Source of the DNA: Lama guanicoe
Taxonomy: Eukaryota
NCBI GenBank assembly: GCA_013239625.1
Contig: MU053559.1
Location: 2,215,205 to 2,275,200 of the forward strand
Reading direction: 5' to 3'
DNA length: 59,996 nucleotides
In this document: piece after piece, positions 22,946 through 36,482 of the stretch
Layout: each line of letters starts with the position of its first letter
Numbering within the stretch: position 1 is the first letter of the stretch
Notes under the pieces: model-generated
The model's input: only the letters and a program-made list of their open reading frames with translations
Told to the model about the DNA's origin: nothing
Database searches by the model: none
Made by a program: the position numbers and the translations under genes

Positions 22946-25344
22946 AAGTGCTGTCTTTTTCTGTCATTTTGTCAGGTTTTCACAAAACCAAACTTTTTCT
23001 TTTGGACAGAATTGAACTGCTGGCTAGCCACAGAATTTCCATAAATGATTTAAGAAGTGAAGTTTTGCAAGTAGTTGGGAACTATAGCATATGACGAGCA
23101 TATTGGAAAGATGATGCTCACTGTAACATGAATCCTGGCCCTTCTCTTGCTTCCCTCCCCCTCTCTTCCATCCCCTCCACACACAGGAGAGAGGAGAAAA
23201 GTAAAGCAATTAATTGGTGAAGATTTTTTTTTTTTTAGGATGCTCCGAAGTGAAGGGCAAGCGCAAAAGCAACTTCTAGCTTTTGCCATTTGCATGTTGG
23301 CAACCACTTTCTACTTTTCCGTTTCTTAAGAAATTCAATGAGAACGTCTAGTCACAATATTTCATAACAAACAAAAAAACTGTTCCTCGATTCAGTATAG
23401 CCATTTTATAAAGCCCAAATAGCTAATTCCGTGGCAGTTCATGATGGTGTGTCCACGTAGAATTAAATGTCCCTGTGAAGTGGTGGATGATTTTAATATG
23501 CGAGGGTGCATTTGTCATGCTCGTTAGGAAAATGGGCGATGCAGATGTTGATTTCTGTTTATTACTGATTCACTGGGGAATCCTTCCTTGTAACGTTTGT
23601 TTTAATTGTCCATACACCACGGCTATGCTAAGCTGCTTGAATGATGGAAAAGAAGCTACTCAGATAGGACAAGAATTTGCTGTGGGTATGTGTGATGTCC
23701 CGCCTTTAAAAGGGGAAATGGAGGAGATTTGGTTTTGCACGTAATTTAGTGTGTGTGTCCAAATGCCAGATGCTGTGGGTTAAAGAGACATCTGTAAAGA
23801 CAGAATGTCTAGGAGGAGCCTCCTGTCTGCTCAGGAAGAGGGGATGTAGGTATATAATAGGTCAGGAAGGATTTAAGACAGTAAAGTGTAGCATGAATTC
23901 AAAGAGCATGCAGTGGCTGGCAGCTGCAGTGGTTAGCGGAGGGTTCTAGGGGAGCATGTACTTTGCAATGGTTGGGTGTGGATGGAGCGAGGAAGGGGCG
24001 GGGGCTTTGAAGGTCTCTGAATGGCTCACAGCAGAGATGCGTTTTCCCTCAATGCAGCATAAATTGATGGCAGATTTGGGGAAGTCCTGGCAGATAAGGT
24101 TGAAAAGATAAGTTGGGGCGATTACATCAGGCCTTAATTGACAGATAATTTTAAAAGACCAGAACCCAGTCCGAAATTTCCTGGATTATTTTCCACTCCC
24201 CTCCTGGGATTAACAGAAATCTTAGCAGACAAGGGTCTTTTTGTCAAAAGAAGGAATGGTGTCCATTTACTGCCGTGTTGTCTGAATAAAGAATTTGTGT
24301 GAACTATTTCTAAATAGGTTTATGAGAAATGATGGTCAAGCAAACATATATGCCTTGAATTTTTCATCCTAAGGTTTAAAATGTAGGTGTCACCTTTCAC
24401 GAGAAGAAATGTGACCATGTACGCCTTTTATTGATGGGGATATGGTCACTGTTTAAACCACAAACGAACTCAGAATGCCCAGCAGCATTCCTTGTGTCTA
24501 GTTACTCATCTTTTAAATGTTGCAAAATACTGAAGGGATAGGAAAACCAGAAAGGGCGGGGGGAGTTGGTGGTTTAAAAAATATAGTGACTAACTGACTT
24601 GTCCTGACTAATGCCAGTGAACTCATAGTGAGTAACAATAGTGAATTTAGAAGGGCTATAAGTAGAAGGGGAGCTATTTAAAGATTGCTATAATACAGAA
24701 GGCAGCTGAATTGGTCGCAAGGAAGGATTCCCTCTGGGAAATATGGAAGTAGTTCATTTCACCCCTACAAAGTTCTGTTTCTCCAAAGGAGTCATCTTAG
24801 GGAAGTTAGACCGAGTTCTTTCAAATATGGCTCCTTTTCCACTTGCTTCCTGGGGGGGAATTCTTGGCAGATGAACTTGCTTGGGGTTTTGCATGGAAGA
24901 AATGCCATAGGTGTCCGGTGGGAAGCAAGAACAAGCAATTGATTTCAGAAAGCTTGGTTGGTGGTGCCTGTAAACTGGAAACAAAAAGGTTTGTTTGAAT
25001 TTATTTTCTTAGTGTCTGTTTCTAATCATGGTCGAAAAGTATAAGAACTGACAAACCATCTTTTTTATAAACATAGAGGCTATCTTTTTTTTTAAATGAA
25101 TGATTATAGACTATAAATAGAGCAAAAATATAACTGGCCAAAATGTGCAAAGACATTTTGTGGAATTTCCAGTTATGTGAGTGTTGATCAGAAAATATTT
25201 TCCTTCTGGTTGAAAACATTTTGAAATGTTCATTTATTTTCCTTGAAACTCTTTTTTCCCAGCAGTATTTGACCCTAAGCCAGATAAGGGGATTTGCCGT
25301 CTATCACAGCATCTTTTATTTTTGTTGACATTGATTATTGAGTG

Positions 25345-25460
25345 GTCTCTTGTCCCCATTTGACTTAAACTCCCCAAGGACAAGGACACCACGTGGGTTA
25401 TTATTGTCATACCAGCGCCCACCTAACCCAGTGTCTAGCATATAGCAGGCGCTTATTATT
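25345..25460 (+). mobile_element. L2 3' end
   Basis: gacttaaactccccaaggacaaggac...acctaacccagtgtctagcatatagcaggcgct. Confidence 0.65.
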
Positions 25461-27501
25461 GGATCAAAGAAATAATTTAGAACAACATGAATCACACATT
25501 AAAGATGGATTCATCTGGCTGTGTCTTGGGGATTATGATGTCATAATTTTTTTTTCTAGAAAAAGGTATCAAAGAGCTACACCTAGGGCACAGCTGGATA
25601 TTCAGTTTTGAGCTCAAATCTTTAAATGAGCTTATTTTCCCATTTTTTTCTGCTGTTTTGTTTTTTTCTCATTTGAGATTTCCAAGGACTTGGGTCACTC
25701 TTTAATTTTATATTCTCTATATAAAATGTATATGAAATACAAGTATATTCCACATACATATGGAAGATAATCTCAAGTTCTATTCATTTGGGTAAGGCTT
25801 TGAATAAATAAGTAATGTTCCCCTTTTAGTATGATACGGAAGTAAGAAAATTAACTCGAAAGTACATGAATTTGAATGGCAGGAATAGGAAAGAGAAAGC
25901 CTCAGGTTTCCTTGGTGAGGATATTATCTAAAGTTCTTTGAACAATTAATTAAATGGAATATTTATTTAAATAAATGTGAGCCCACAGGCAAGTTGATGA
26001 ACAGTCTTGCTTTTTTCCTAAAGAAATCTAATGGTTTAGAAATAGTGAATTGAAATTTTTATGAAAGCACGTATTCTGAGGTCCCCTCGGTGTAATGTCT
26101 TCAATGTGAAAAGGTATATGGTTGCATTTAAAATTGGAGCTAATTTAAGTAATTTTATCTTAAATTTAACAGACCCATTTTCCAGACTTACAGGTGGTAA
26201 GTTTAGAGCACCGGAAAAGCTATACTGTAGCGCTTTGTGTTATATTTAGGGAAAATTTCATCCACAAATTTTGCAATCACAATTGGAGCAAATTGTTTTT
26301 AAAAGGGAAGAGTTTTTAAGATGGAGTTTAGTTATTACATCCTATGCTTTATAGGTTTTGTTGGTACATGAGAATGAGAAACGCGCGCAGAGAGAGGGAT
26401 TCCTGTGGACTTTTTAATTTAAGAATTGCAGCAGCATGACCCCTTAATCCAAATTGAGGGCATCTCCTTGTTTTTATGTCTTCTGCTTTTGGCTAGGGCC
26501 AGGCGTAAGTAAGTATTGTCTCGCTTATGTAGAATCACTGTTTTCAGTTTATTCCATAGTGCGATAAATGCTTATTCTAGAAAATTCAGAGATTGAATGT
26601 TTTCCAACCTTATCTAAGTTTCGAACTTTGGAAATAGGTTAGTAAACAGCATGAGTCTCTTTTCATTTTGACATATAAGCGCCTCCGAATGGTTTTTAAT
26701 CCTTAAAAAAAAAAATTCACATGAGTGATGTTCTAAATAGCTTTCCTAAAATGAAACTTCAGAAGGGAATGGCACCGGGCGTCGTGGGTTTATTAGAGCT
26801 TCTCAGCAGAGAGCAGTGGCAGACCGAGGAGTGTGGACGGCAGGGATGTTTTACAAGGAGGATATCGAATGGACCAGGAAATGCTGCAGATAAAGAAGAT
26901 TGGAGTACGGATGGCAAACCATACTGGCACCAGGTAGATTCTTAGCTATTTGGTTTTAACTTAAAAAGGAGCCTAGGTTTTAACTTTCATATAAAAAAAA
27001 AAGGAATCTAGAATAGCAATCCTTTCCTTTGAGCAGGAAAGCTCAGGGAGGTGTTGAACAGCATCAGAGTCATGGAAACAAAGCGGACTGCCATTCGCTC
27101 CCTCTTCAAAGTTGCTTTCCAGATCTCAGGCACTTTTCAAGTGTGCAGGAGGAGGCGAAGGTTTTCCTGTCGGTCACCAGCCAAGAGAATCAGTTGCCAC
27201 GGACGCTATAGATAGATGAGGTGGCACAAAGTAAGGGCTTGAGAAATGCGTTGAAAGACCAAATTCACGAACCTCTGAAAATTTCTAGAATGATAATGAA
27301 GCTTGAATCCCAAAAGAAGACATTTCCAGCAAAGAAAGCAAACCTTGTTTTATGCGGGGAATCACAGCATAGAATCTGTTATACAAAGATATACTGGGCA
27401 CCATGCCCAGTAGAGCTATAAAATGAGCTTAGGAAACATTTCTGTCAGGTGATGGGTGGTAGACAGGTGAAGAGAGGTCTCTGGTCACTGAAGAAAATAG
27501 G

Positions 27502-27515
27502 GTGCCATCTAGTGG
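27502..27515 (-). promoter_or_regulatory. CTCF core motif
   Basis: Minus strand CCACTAGATGGCAC matches CCASYAGRKGGCRS at all 14 positions; lies outside recognisable repeats. Binding not shown. Confidence 0.6.
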
Positions 27516-27650
27516 AATCATTTCATTAGTGGAATCAAAGCGTATGTAATGCCTTAAACACTATTTTAGAAGCTTTAAGTTCTTAAGAAAACTTGTAACA
27601 TTGTTTTCCTTTCTCACAGTTATCTTAAATTCTTTGTCTTCAAACTTCTT

Positions 27651-27932
27651 AAACTTTTTATTTTGAACTAATCTTACATTTGTAGAAGAGTTGCAAAAAT
27701 AGTACAGAAAGGTCTCATTTACCCATCACCCAGCTCCCTCAATCTTCCATGAACAGTTAACCAAGACCGGGAAGTGAACACTGGTGCAAAACTCCTCGTT
27801 AAACTCCAGACTTTGATTCACATTTCACCAGTTTTTTCCATTTATGTCCTTCTTCTGTTCCAGGATCCCATCCCGCAGTGCTTTTAGTCATCATATCTCT
27901 TTTATAGTCTCCAATCTGAGACGGTTCCTTAG
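27651..27932 (-). mobile_element. Old L1 (L1MC/MD-like) 3' end
   Basis: aactttttattttgaa...gaagagttgcaaaaatagtacaga...cacccagctccc...ttcttctgttccaggatccca...ctgagacggttcctt. Confidence 0.8.
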
Positions 27933-30900
27933 TTCAAAGAGTATTTATTAAAAACATGTCTCTAGAGATCATGGCTGTTGTAAAACACATCTGATTATAC
28001 AGGAGATAGACAATTAAAAGGTAGTTATAAAATATGAATTGTCATCTACAAATATTTATCCTGCTTAGACAATTTCATCCCCCCGATCCTTTAAAATAGC
28101 TTTTTGTATTTGCAAAGTGCTTTATAAGTTCTACTTGTTCTGAAAAGTAGAGGCAGGAACTAATCTTTGACAGTTTTCTCATTTTACTTAGAAAGGAAAT
28201 TAAGCCATAGGGAAGTTTTATATTTTGCCTTAATTGGAACAGCAGTCTCATATACACTGGCAGGTAGGAAAAAAAAAAAGGACAAATTACACAGCAGTTG
28301 CAAAGTAAATCTCATTTTCCCAACAATTTTATTATGACAGTAACTGAAATTTTGAAATGAAAGACAAATCTTCTGAAATTAGACTGTCTAATAAATTGGG
28401 TTTTATTCTTTAAAAGTTGATATCTTAAATACTTTCAAATGCTCTCAAAATATTTGTCACATTTAAACAACATATGTATTTACCTCTCTTTTTAAAGTAA
28501 TAGTTTAACCATCTATTTCATGAGCTCCAAACTAATGTTTTGCTGCTTTGCATATTGAAACAAATACTTCTATTACAAGTTATTTTGAAAAATACAAGTA
28601 ATTTTTGACCCTAAAACAGCATCAGGGCTTTTTTTTTTTGCCCCCAATTAGTATAATGGTTTGAAGAGTCATGATTAAATTTAGAAGACACTGTGTATAA
28701 AAATGAAGATAACACATTGAGAAGATGCAGCCTGAAGCTTATTTTATTGGTTTATGGGCTTCATTACCCAGAGTATTGCCTTTTGCACTGCGATCAGAGT
28801 GAACTCTGGTGTGGCGGAAAGTAGTGAAAAGGCCTGGAACATCCACGGAGGATATAATGTTTTCGTCTAGTGCAGTTTCATACTGGCCTTTCCCAGATCA
28901 GCTCCCACTGGGTGATGCTCTATGAAATGAAACTGCCTCCCAAAGAGGACTGATGTGGCGAGAGCCTCCTTCAGACAACGGAGTCACCTTACTCGGAAAA
29001 CGCATCATCCGGTTGACGTTGCGTGAGGGAAGGATGGATGCGCTCTGGCGCCAAGATGCCAAAAGGTCTTTTGAGCTGTGGTCCGCCCATAAAGTAGCCA
29101 AACTGCAGATGCTGGTGGGGCTTTGGGAAGCCAGAATGTCTGCTTTCCCAGAACGCTTCTCTTGACTGAATGATACAGATGTGTTGCTTTTCTATGAATT
29201 GTGTAACTGGGCCTTCTACATTGTGTTTTTCTTAGTACATATTAATTTCTGTCTTTCCCTATGTGCATAGGTAAAGTTACTTGAGAGTGGAAACAAACAC
29301 AACACAGAATTGCTTGCCTTTCAGGCAGCCTAGGGAAGTAGGTAAATCAATCTTTCAGGTTTCTCACCTACAATTAGGAACCCTCCTCCTTTCTCTCATT
29401 TCCTAGACCCCAGGCCACCCAGCTGGGCCACTGGGGATGGGGGAGGAGGGGGAGGAGAGACACTTTTAATTTCCTCTCACTTGGTGTCCTGTTTGCTGAC
29501 AGAAATATATTAGCATGTTGTATTTATTAATTTATTGGTGACTGTCAGCCGTATTATTCTTTTCAGGTAAAATACCTGAAACTTAACCAAAGCCTCGGGG
29601 GCGTAATCACCAGAGACCAAGGACTTAACCACGTTAGGCTTGGGAACATTCTCGAAAGTGAGCATCTTGCCACTGCTCAGTTGCTTCCCAACACTGGGGC
29701 TCTCCCTGCCAGTATCTCAATCACACGAGAAGCATGCAAAGTAAATCTTAGAAAAACTACTAATTATATAAATATGGTCTCCTGGAACTCAGGAAGCAAG
29801 CATTCTTCTTGCCTATGAATGAAAGGAGGCTTTCCAAATGAAGCCATTTACATGGCATACTAGATCATCTTATGTCTTGTGAATGAAACTTAAGAGCTAT
29901 GTGATCACATTCTGAAAAATATGAGAGAAATAAAGGATTTACCTATGTAACTATAGACTTCTGGAAAAGTTTATATGTTCATTCGAGACTGGACCCTTAA
30001 GACATGATCTTCACATTAAGAAATACTTTTTATGTTGCTGTTTTGCAAGGTTGATATTATTTTTCATGAACCTCCATATTTTATTTTGACAGCTTGAGGT
30101 TACCATCAGGCACTTTTGATAGCATTTTGGCTTCCTTTGTGTATTTCTTCTCTTAGAGAAAGTGGAAAAAAATCATATTGGTTCTTCAATTCTCTTCTAC
30201 TTAAACATTTCTTGGTGCTTTTTAGGAGAACCTTTTCAAAATGGTAGAAGTAAGACATTTTATGCATGGTGGTAAGCTCCCCAAAAAACAAGCTGGGCTA
30301 AGAAAAGAGGGCTTCACGCTCCCCTTAGAAATATGGAGAGTTGAAGTTTCACTTTGCAGACACTGTCTTTTAATACAAAGCCACTTCTGCCTAATGGATT
30401 TTCTTTTACTGACTCTCAACGAAGGTGCTTCTTAACATTTGGCTACAGTAATAATTCTCCACTTTTAAAAAAATTGGACTTGTATGATTACAAACCGAGA
30501 ACACTTCAAGTGGTTATAGAACAGGGCTGTTGTAATGAAGGAAACTGTTAAACTCTTCCCTAACTTGGTCACTGTTAGATGCTTTTGAATCCTTATGTTC
30601 TGTCAACGAGTGATCTCTCTGCTTATGGAGTTTGTACAGTTCTTAGTCCTTAAAAAAAAGTCGAATATTCTATAGTTACATTGGGTTCTTAGAGCATGTA
30701 GTATTATCAAATTGAAGGCCTATGAAAGAGTCTATGCAGTGTTGAATGAATATTAAGGTTTTCTCTGTATTGAAATTTATGAAAAATCCATTTTTCTTCA
30801 TGTACTCTAACCATCCCATGCTTTTAAAATAGTCTGGTTTTGGGCACACTGTGTTTTTATGACTTGTCCTCCATTATCAAGAATGTTACAAAATGAGGCC

Positions 30901-31259
30901 TTTGCTGGTAATGTTAACTTGATTCTAGTTTGTATGTATCACAAAAATATACGTGATTCTTCCATCATCAGTACTAAATGAAAGCACTCTTTGAGTCTTG
31001 GATTTTTTGGGGGGGGCGGTGTGGCATTCAGCATCCTCCCCTCCTAGCTCTGGGCTAATAAGCAAGGGTGTTCAGACTAGTGTGCAGCACTGGGTGCCCA
31101 GTAAGCTATTGACTCGATGCTGTGCTCATCTTTTGTGATTATAATAACCACAGACTTAGCAAGAGAGTCCCCAGCCTGTAAGTAGATTTATTCTATCTCA
31201 AGACAGGCCTTGGCTAATATGAGGGGTTTGTGGCATTTGGGAGATGAGGTTATGGGAAT

Positions 31260-31402
31260 TTTTTTTAATTAAAAAAAAAAATCTTGAGGGGGAGGTAGTT
31301 AGGTTTATTTATTTATTTATTTTTAGAGGAAGTACCGGGGATTGAACCTGGGACCTTATGTATGCTGAGCATGTGCTCTACCACTTGAGCTATGCCCTCC
31401 CC
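31260..31402 (-). mobile_element. vic-1-type tRNA-derived SINE, full form
   Basis: gggggaggtagttaggtttatttatt...ggggattgaacctgggacc...ctctaccacttgagctatgccctcccc; weak TSD tgggaattt/tggaaattt. Confidence 0.92.
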
Positions 31403-31557
31403 TTGGAAATTTGATTAAAAGAAAAAGGAGGCGTTGTGGTCTATCCTGTTTTGGGGTGAACAACGGGGGTCTAAAAAACTTCCTTTAAGCCTGCTTTTCA
31501 CTCATTGTGTTATTCCCCCCACCTTTAGAAGTCTTTATTACTTACTTATTTGTAAAA

Positions 31558-31791
31558 TTTTATTTTTTATTGAAGTGTAGTTGACTTACAATGTTAGTTT
31601 CAGGTGTACAGCAAAGCAATTCAGTTATACCTATGCATGCATACATCTATTTTCAGATTCTTTTCCATTATAGTTTATTATAAGAAACTGGGTATAATTC
31701 CCTGTGCTATACAGTAGGTCCTTGTTGTTTATCTACTTTATATGTAGTAGTGTGTATCTGTTAATCCCAAACGCCTGATTTATCCCTCCTT
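31558..31791 (-). mobile_element. Young L1 3' end
   Basis: ttattgaagtgtagttgacttacaatgttagtttcaggtgtacagcaaag...ccctgtgctatacagtaggtccttgttg. Confidence 0.9.
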
Positions 31792-32899
31792 TCGTTGTGT
31801 TGTTTTTTTAAACTCTGGTCCCTCCTTTTCAGGAACCACATATTAAAAGATAAGCGTATTTGGTAATAAAATTCCTGGCCTAGAGAGAAGTGACAATGAA
31901 TGCTGTTTTCAGAAGAGAAACATCGTGCTTTAGAGTTAGCTAGATTCATCCGTCCTGCGTTTTTTTTTTAAACAGGTGGAGAAACTGAGTCACAAAACGT
32001 TGCAGCATCCTTGGAGTTCTAGAAAGAACTAAAATAGCATATGGCTAATTTAGGACGGAAAGATGGGAACAACTTCTCCTTGATTGGTGCTCTCTTGAAG
32101 AGAAATCCTTTTGCTCATCTCGGTGAGTATATTGACCTTCTGATGACATCACTTGTGATTTTTTTAAAAAATGTTAAACTTCTATTGGAAAAGACACGTA
32201 CGTTGCCTTTAAAAATGGAAGCTTTCGGCAGCATTTAGATCAGTCCATATGTTACGGTTTAGGCCAAATGAACCAGCCAATTTCAGATCTGTTTTTTGGA
32301 AAGCTTAGGTATATATTCCCTTGAAATTTCTGTCAAATCACAGCTTGCGGAAGTTTTTTCCAAACGTCCTTTCACTTACTGGTGAATTAAGGATGCTTCT
32401 CCGAGAAAGAGGTTGTATGCTCCTGATTTGGGCCCGCCATCCTTCCCTGGTGCTCCCTGTGCTGTGCCTGCCTGTCCCCCGCCTCTAAAGCATCGCGCTC
32501 CTCGTGTACTGACTACTTCCGTTCTGGTGCTCCTCTGTCCCCAAGTACCTGGGCTCCCTCCCTAAGGGCATGGGGCCTGGGGGTTCAGGGCCAGGTGAAG
32601 AAGCCCTCCCAGGCAGCTCTGTCCCCCCAACCCCGTCCACGACTGGAGAGTTCCAGTGAGCTGGTAACCTGACTGGAAAGCTTCCCTGAGGTTCCGATCT
32701 GTCAGGGTAGAGAATTCTTGCTGTAATGACTGAAGGACTCATTTCTTTGGGCAGAAACTCAGAAAGTGACATGGATGATATGAACCTCTACTTGGAATTT
32801 GTGTTTGGGGGTCAAAGGACAATATGAGAGGTTTTCTCATAGTCTATCCTGGGTTTGTTGGACAACTGTTTTGTGTGTCAGACTCAAAAATAGTATGAC

Positions 32900-33018
32900 T
32901 GCACTTAATTGTTACTGCGATGCCATGAGGAAGAGATTATTGGCCTCATTTTAGATATTAGGCCATAGATACTGAGGAGACATCCAAGTCATTTGCCCCA
33001 AATCACATAATTGGTGAC
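32900..33018 (-). mobile_element. MIR fragment
   Basis: ccatgagg...ctcattttagat...actgagg...aagtcatttgccccaaatcaca. Confidence 0.6.
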
Positions 33019-33234
33019 CAATAAAAAGGTATGCATTATCCTCACTTATCTGACTTCACCAAACCATACCAAGAAAAAAAAAAACCAAAATGAATGTTTG
33101 GTTTGCTATTTACTTCCTTACTTGATACTTCATATCAATACGAATAACAACAAAACAGTGATTTTTTTCAGGGCAGATATTTTTAGCTTGGCAGAATTTT
33201 TGTCTAATCATGCGATTCTGTAATTTACGCCCCC

Positions 33235-33345
33235 AAATGTCTTTGGAGGTCCCGCAGTACTCCAGACTCTGTACTAGGTGTTCTGGATACAGCAGTGAAC
33301 ATATATAAAAATAAGTGTTAATTCTGGCCCCGTCCTGAGATAAAA
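33235..33345 (-). mobile_element. L2 3' end fragment
   Basis: ccagactctgtactaggtgttctggatacagcagtgaaca. Confidence 0.65.
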
Positions 33346-34900
33346 CCAGGAGAGCTCTGTACATATTTCATCCTGTCCTGTCTTCACTCCCAAGGCACAG
33401 AAACATAGAGCCCAAGGTTAATGGTCGTCATTTTTCCATTGACTCACAAAATCACTGAACTTGGCCAGTTCCTGAGGGGCTGAGGAAAACGTGAACTAAA
33501 CCATTCTATTGTTAGTAACTTTCAAGGAGGGAGACCCCACTCAGCCTTGGTGGTCGTTGCTGCTTTTGACGTCTGCAGCCTGTTGTAATGATGATCAGTT
33601 ACTTCTACACCAGCAGAGTTGGCAGGTATCAATGGAGGTTGAAGCTGAATGCATTAAGAAATTTAAAAAAAAAATCTTCAGTTCTATACCTTTTACCAAA
33701 ATAAGCACCTTTAGAGGTTTTGAAATGATGAGCCAAGAGCCCAGGCAGGTGGGTGGTCAGACACCTGTTTGGTAGTGCTGTGTCCTGAATCTTACCCATT
33801 CTGGTAACAATCCCCAGCAGTTACTCCTGCTTTTCTGTCGCAAACTATGTGTGCAGTTTACCCCACTTTGCATTGTGATTTAGAAGCTTCTGGAAACAGT
33901 CTCTTTTAGGAGTTATCTCAGTCATCTCGGAGGTGACTTGACTTGGCTTTGTCTTCCAGAAGGCTCTGTGCTTCATATAGAACTGCATACTTACTTTGAT
34001 CATTATCATTTTGGTTACAAGAGCCTGACCTCCTGATACAATACAATTCTCAGGTTGGGCTACAGACTTGAGTCTGTTCTGTTAAATTCTCTCATGTGGT
34101 AACTTACCAGGTGTGGAGCAGAAGTGATGGTCACTTACACCTCAAGTCTCAGATTCTATGATTGTGTTTAATCCTTTGAAAGCACAGGAGACAATCAGAG
34201 ACATTTGAAATGCTTCCATCATGAGGGTGCTCCCCAAAGAGTGACTTGTCTAACTTTCATAGGAGTTTCCCGTTCAAAGTGTTCCATTGATCAGATTCCA
34301 AGCTAAAACTAGGAGCTTTATCCGTGCATATTTCATCATGGTCTTCCTTCACTGTCAAGGTGTTGAAACCTAGAATCCTACATTCATCCGTTCTCTGCTC
34401 TGTAGAACTTTGGGTTGACTCGGCAGAGGGCTCCTGCTCTCTGGGGTCTATCAGGCTGGTTGCTGGAGCCTGTTTCAGAGCCTTCGTGGCTGTGGTGCTA
34501 ACTCACCTGCAGTATCTAGGTCATACTTAGCTTGAATCCCCTTATTCTTTCATCCTGGTCCAAGAAAGGATTCATGGCCAGAATCATCACCTCTTTCAGT
34601 GTCCATCATTTTGTCTAGCTCCTAGGACATGGGACCTTCTCCATGTCCCTGTCTACGATTGTGCTTCAGATGTAGGGCAAAAGCACTCACTGGCTTGCAG
34701 ACTTGAACAACATGAAATTTCACTCCATCACCAAAAGATCACATAGGATAATTCCCCAGTCTTCCAAAGTGAAACTTTTCCATTGGGATCACTATGACTC
34801 TGGGGCTGGTGGGTTATATATTTTGGGAAGAAACTTTAAGGCAGTGGATTTCCACTCCTTGCATTGCTCCTTAGTAATTTAATACTCGTTTCCATTTTAT

Positions 34901-35208
34901 TTAATTTTTTAAAAAAATTTTTAGAGGGGTGAGGTCATTAGGTTTATTTATTATTTATTTATTTTATTGAAGTATAGTCAGGTACAATGTGTCAATTTCT
35001 GGTGTACAGCATAGTGTTTCAGTCATACGTGTACATACGTCTATTCATCTTCATGTTCTTTTTCATTATAGGTTACTACAAGATACTGAATATAGTTCGT
35101 TGTGCTATACAGAATATTTATTTGATTGTTTAATGGAGGTACTGGGGATTGAACCCAGGACCTCATGCATGCTAAGCATGCGTTCTAGCACTGAGCTATA
35201 CCTTCCCC
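34901..35208 (-). mobile_element. vic-1 SINE split by a young L1 3' fragment (about 34951-35113)
   Basis: SINE tail ggggtgaggtcattaggtttattta (34926-34950), then L1 3' end ttattgaagtatagtcagg...tgtgctatacaga, then SINE head taatggaggtactggggattgaacccagg...ctgagctataccttcccc. Confidence 0.9.
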
Positions 35209-36134
35209 ACCCTTATTTCCTATTTAGTTATCTGTCTGATTGTTTAACGTCCACATTCCCCACTGAAGTTCAAATTCCATGGGCCAGCTGCTTCCTGTAA
35301 CAAGACCACAGTCTCCTCATCTGCGAAATAAGGGCTGAGACAGGGAGATTCATGAGGTTGCCTTCAGCTTTATGAGTCTCAGTTTGTGTGTCTGACTCAA
35401 TGGAGGAAGGATTGCAGCCAGTCAGTTGGATGCCACGACCTTGTTTCCAAACCCAGGCTGACTCCATTGAGGTGCCCGGCCTTGAGCTGAGAATGGCTGG
35501 CCCATCGCCTTCCCCAGGAGCCCATGCCAGAACCCGAGTCACCTCCTTTGGGACATCTGGGGCCAGTGTTTTCCAAACTTTTTCTGTAGCAGCCTAATTC
35601 TCTTCAAAATAAGAAAAGAATTCAAGAGACTATTCGTAATGTGTGGACAGAAGCCATGACAGCTCTTAACCGGGGTCTGGGTGTCTGCTGCGTGGAAGAT
35701 GGAGGAATCTCAGAAGGTGGTTCAAAGGGCAGTTGCTCTGGTGGAAGAGGAGGGTAGAGACACCGTGGCCTTCCCCTGGCCAGCTTTACACTTAAAATTG
35801 ACCTCACTCCCCACTCTCACCTCCCACCCCTGCCTCACCTCCAGCCCCACAGTTCCCAGCTAACTCAGAACATTTCAAATCCTCTGCCCTTGCCAGCTAA
35901 TAGGGATTCCGATGACTGTAGGAACTACAGTGGAGTGTGACAGGCCAATCTCAGGAGCTAGGAGCCTGAAATTTACCCTCCCCTGATCCCCCGGTAACCT
36001 CCCCCTACCATGATCTGATTACTGCCAAGAGGAGTGGAAAGCTTTCAGTGCCAATCTGGAAAATCCTGGATCGAGTTGTCTCTTCCCTCATCCAAGGGGA
36101 ATCAAACTTGAGAATTCAACAAGAACTTGAATAC

Positions 36135-36482
36135 TAATTCCTGCAAAAACTGCAACCTACCAAAACCCGTCTTGAGATGAAATCAACAACCCGGGTAGTT
36201 CTATAATCATTACTAAAACTGGATTCATAGTTTAAAAAACCTTTTGAAAAAGAGATCTCCAGACCCAGGTGGTTTTGCTGGGAAATTCTAACAAACATTT
36301 GAGGAAGGAGCAACGCTAATTTTAGACAGTCTCTTTCAGGAGAGGGGAAACTTCCCAACTTAAGCTAGGATGCCAGCATCACTCTGATACCAAAGATGGT
36401 TAAAAACAAAATAACAAAGGCAAAACCCCAGACCAATATACCTTATGAATACCGATGTTAAAAATCATCAAAAACACTAGCA
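36135..36482 (+). mobile_element. L1 ORF2 fragment, inverted relative to the adjacent L1
   Basis: Sense text corresponds to ORF2 KSPGPDGF.GEFYQTFKEE...LFQ...EG.LPNSF..ASITLIPK...RPISLMN.D.KI (agatctccagacccaggtggttttgctgggaaattc...gccagcatcactctgataccaaa...gaccaatataccttatgaat). Confidence 0.9.
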
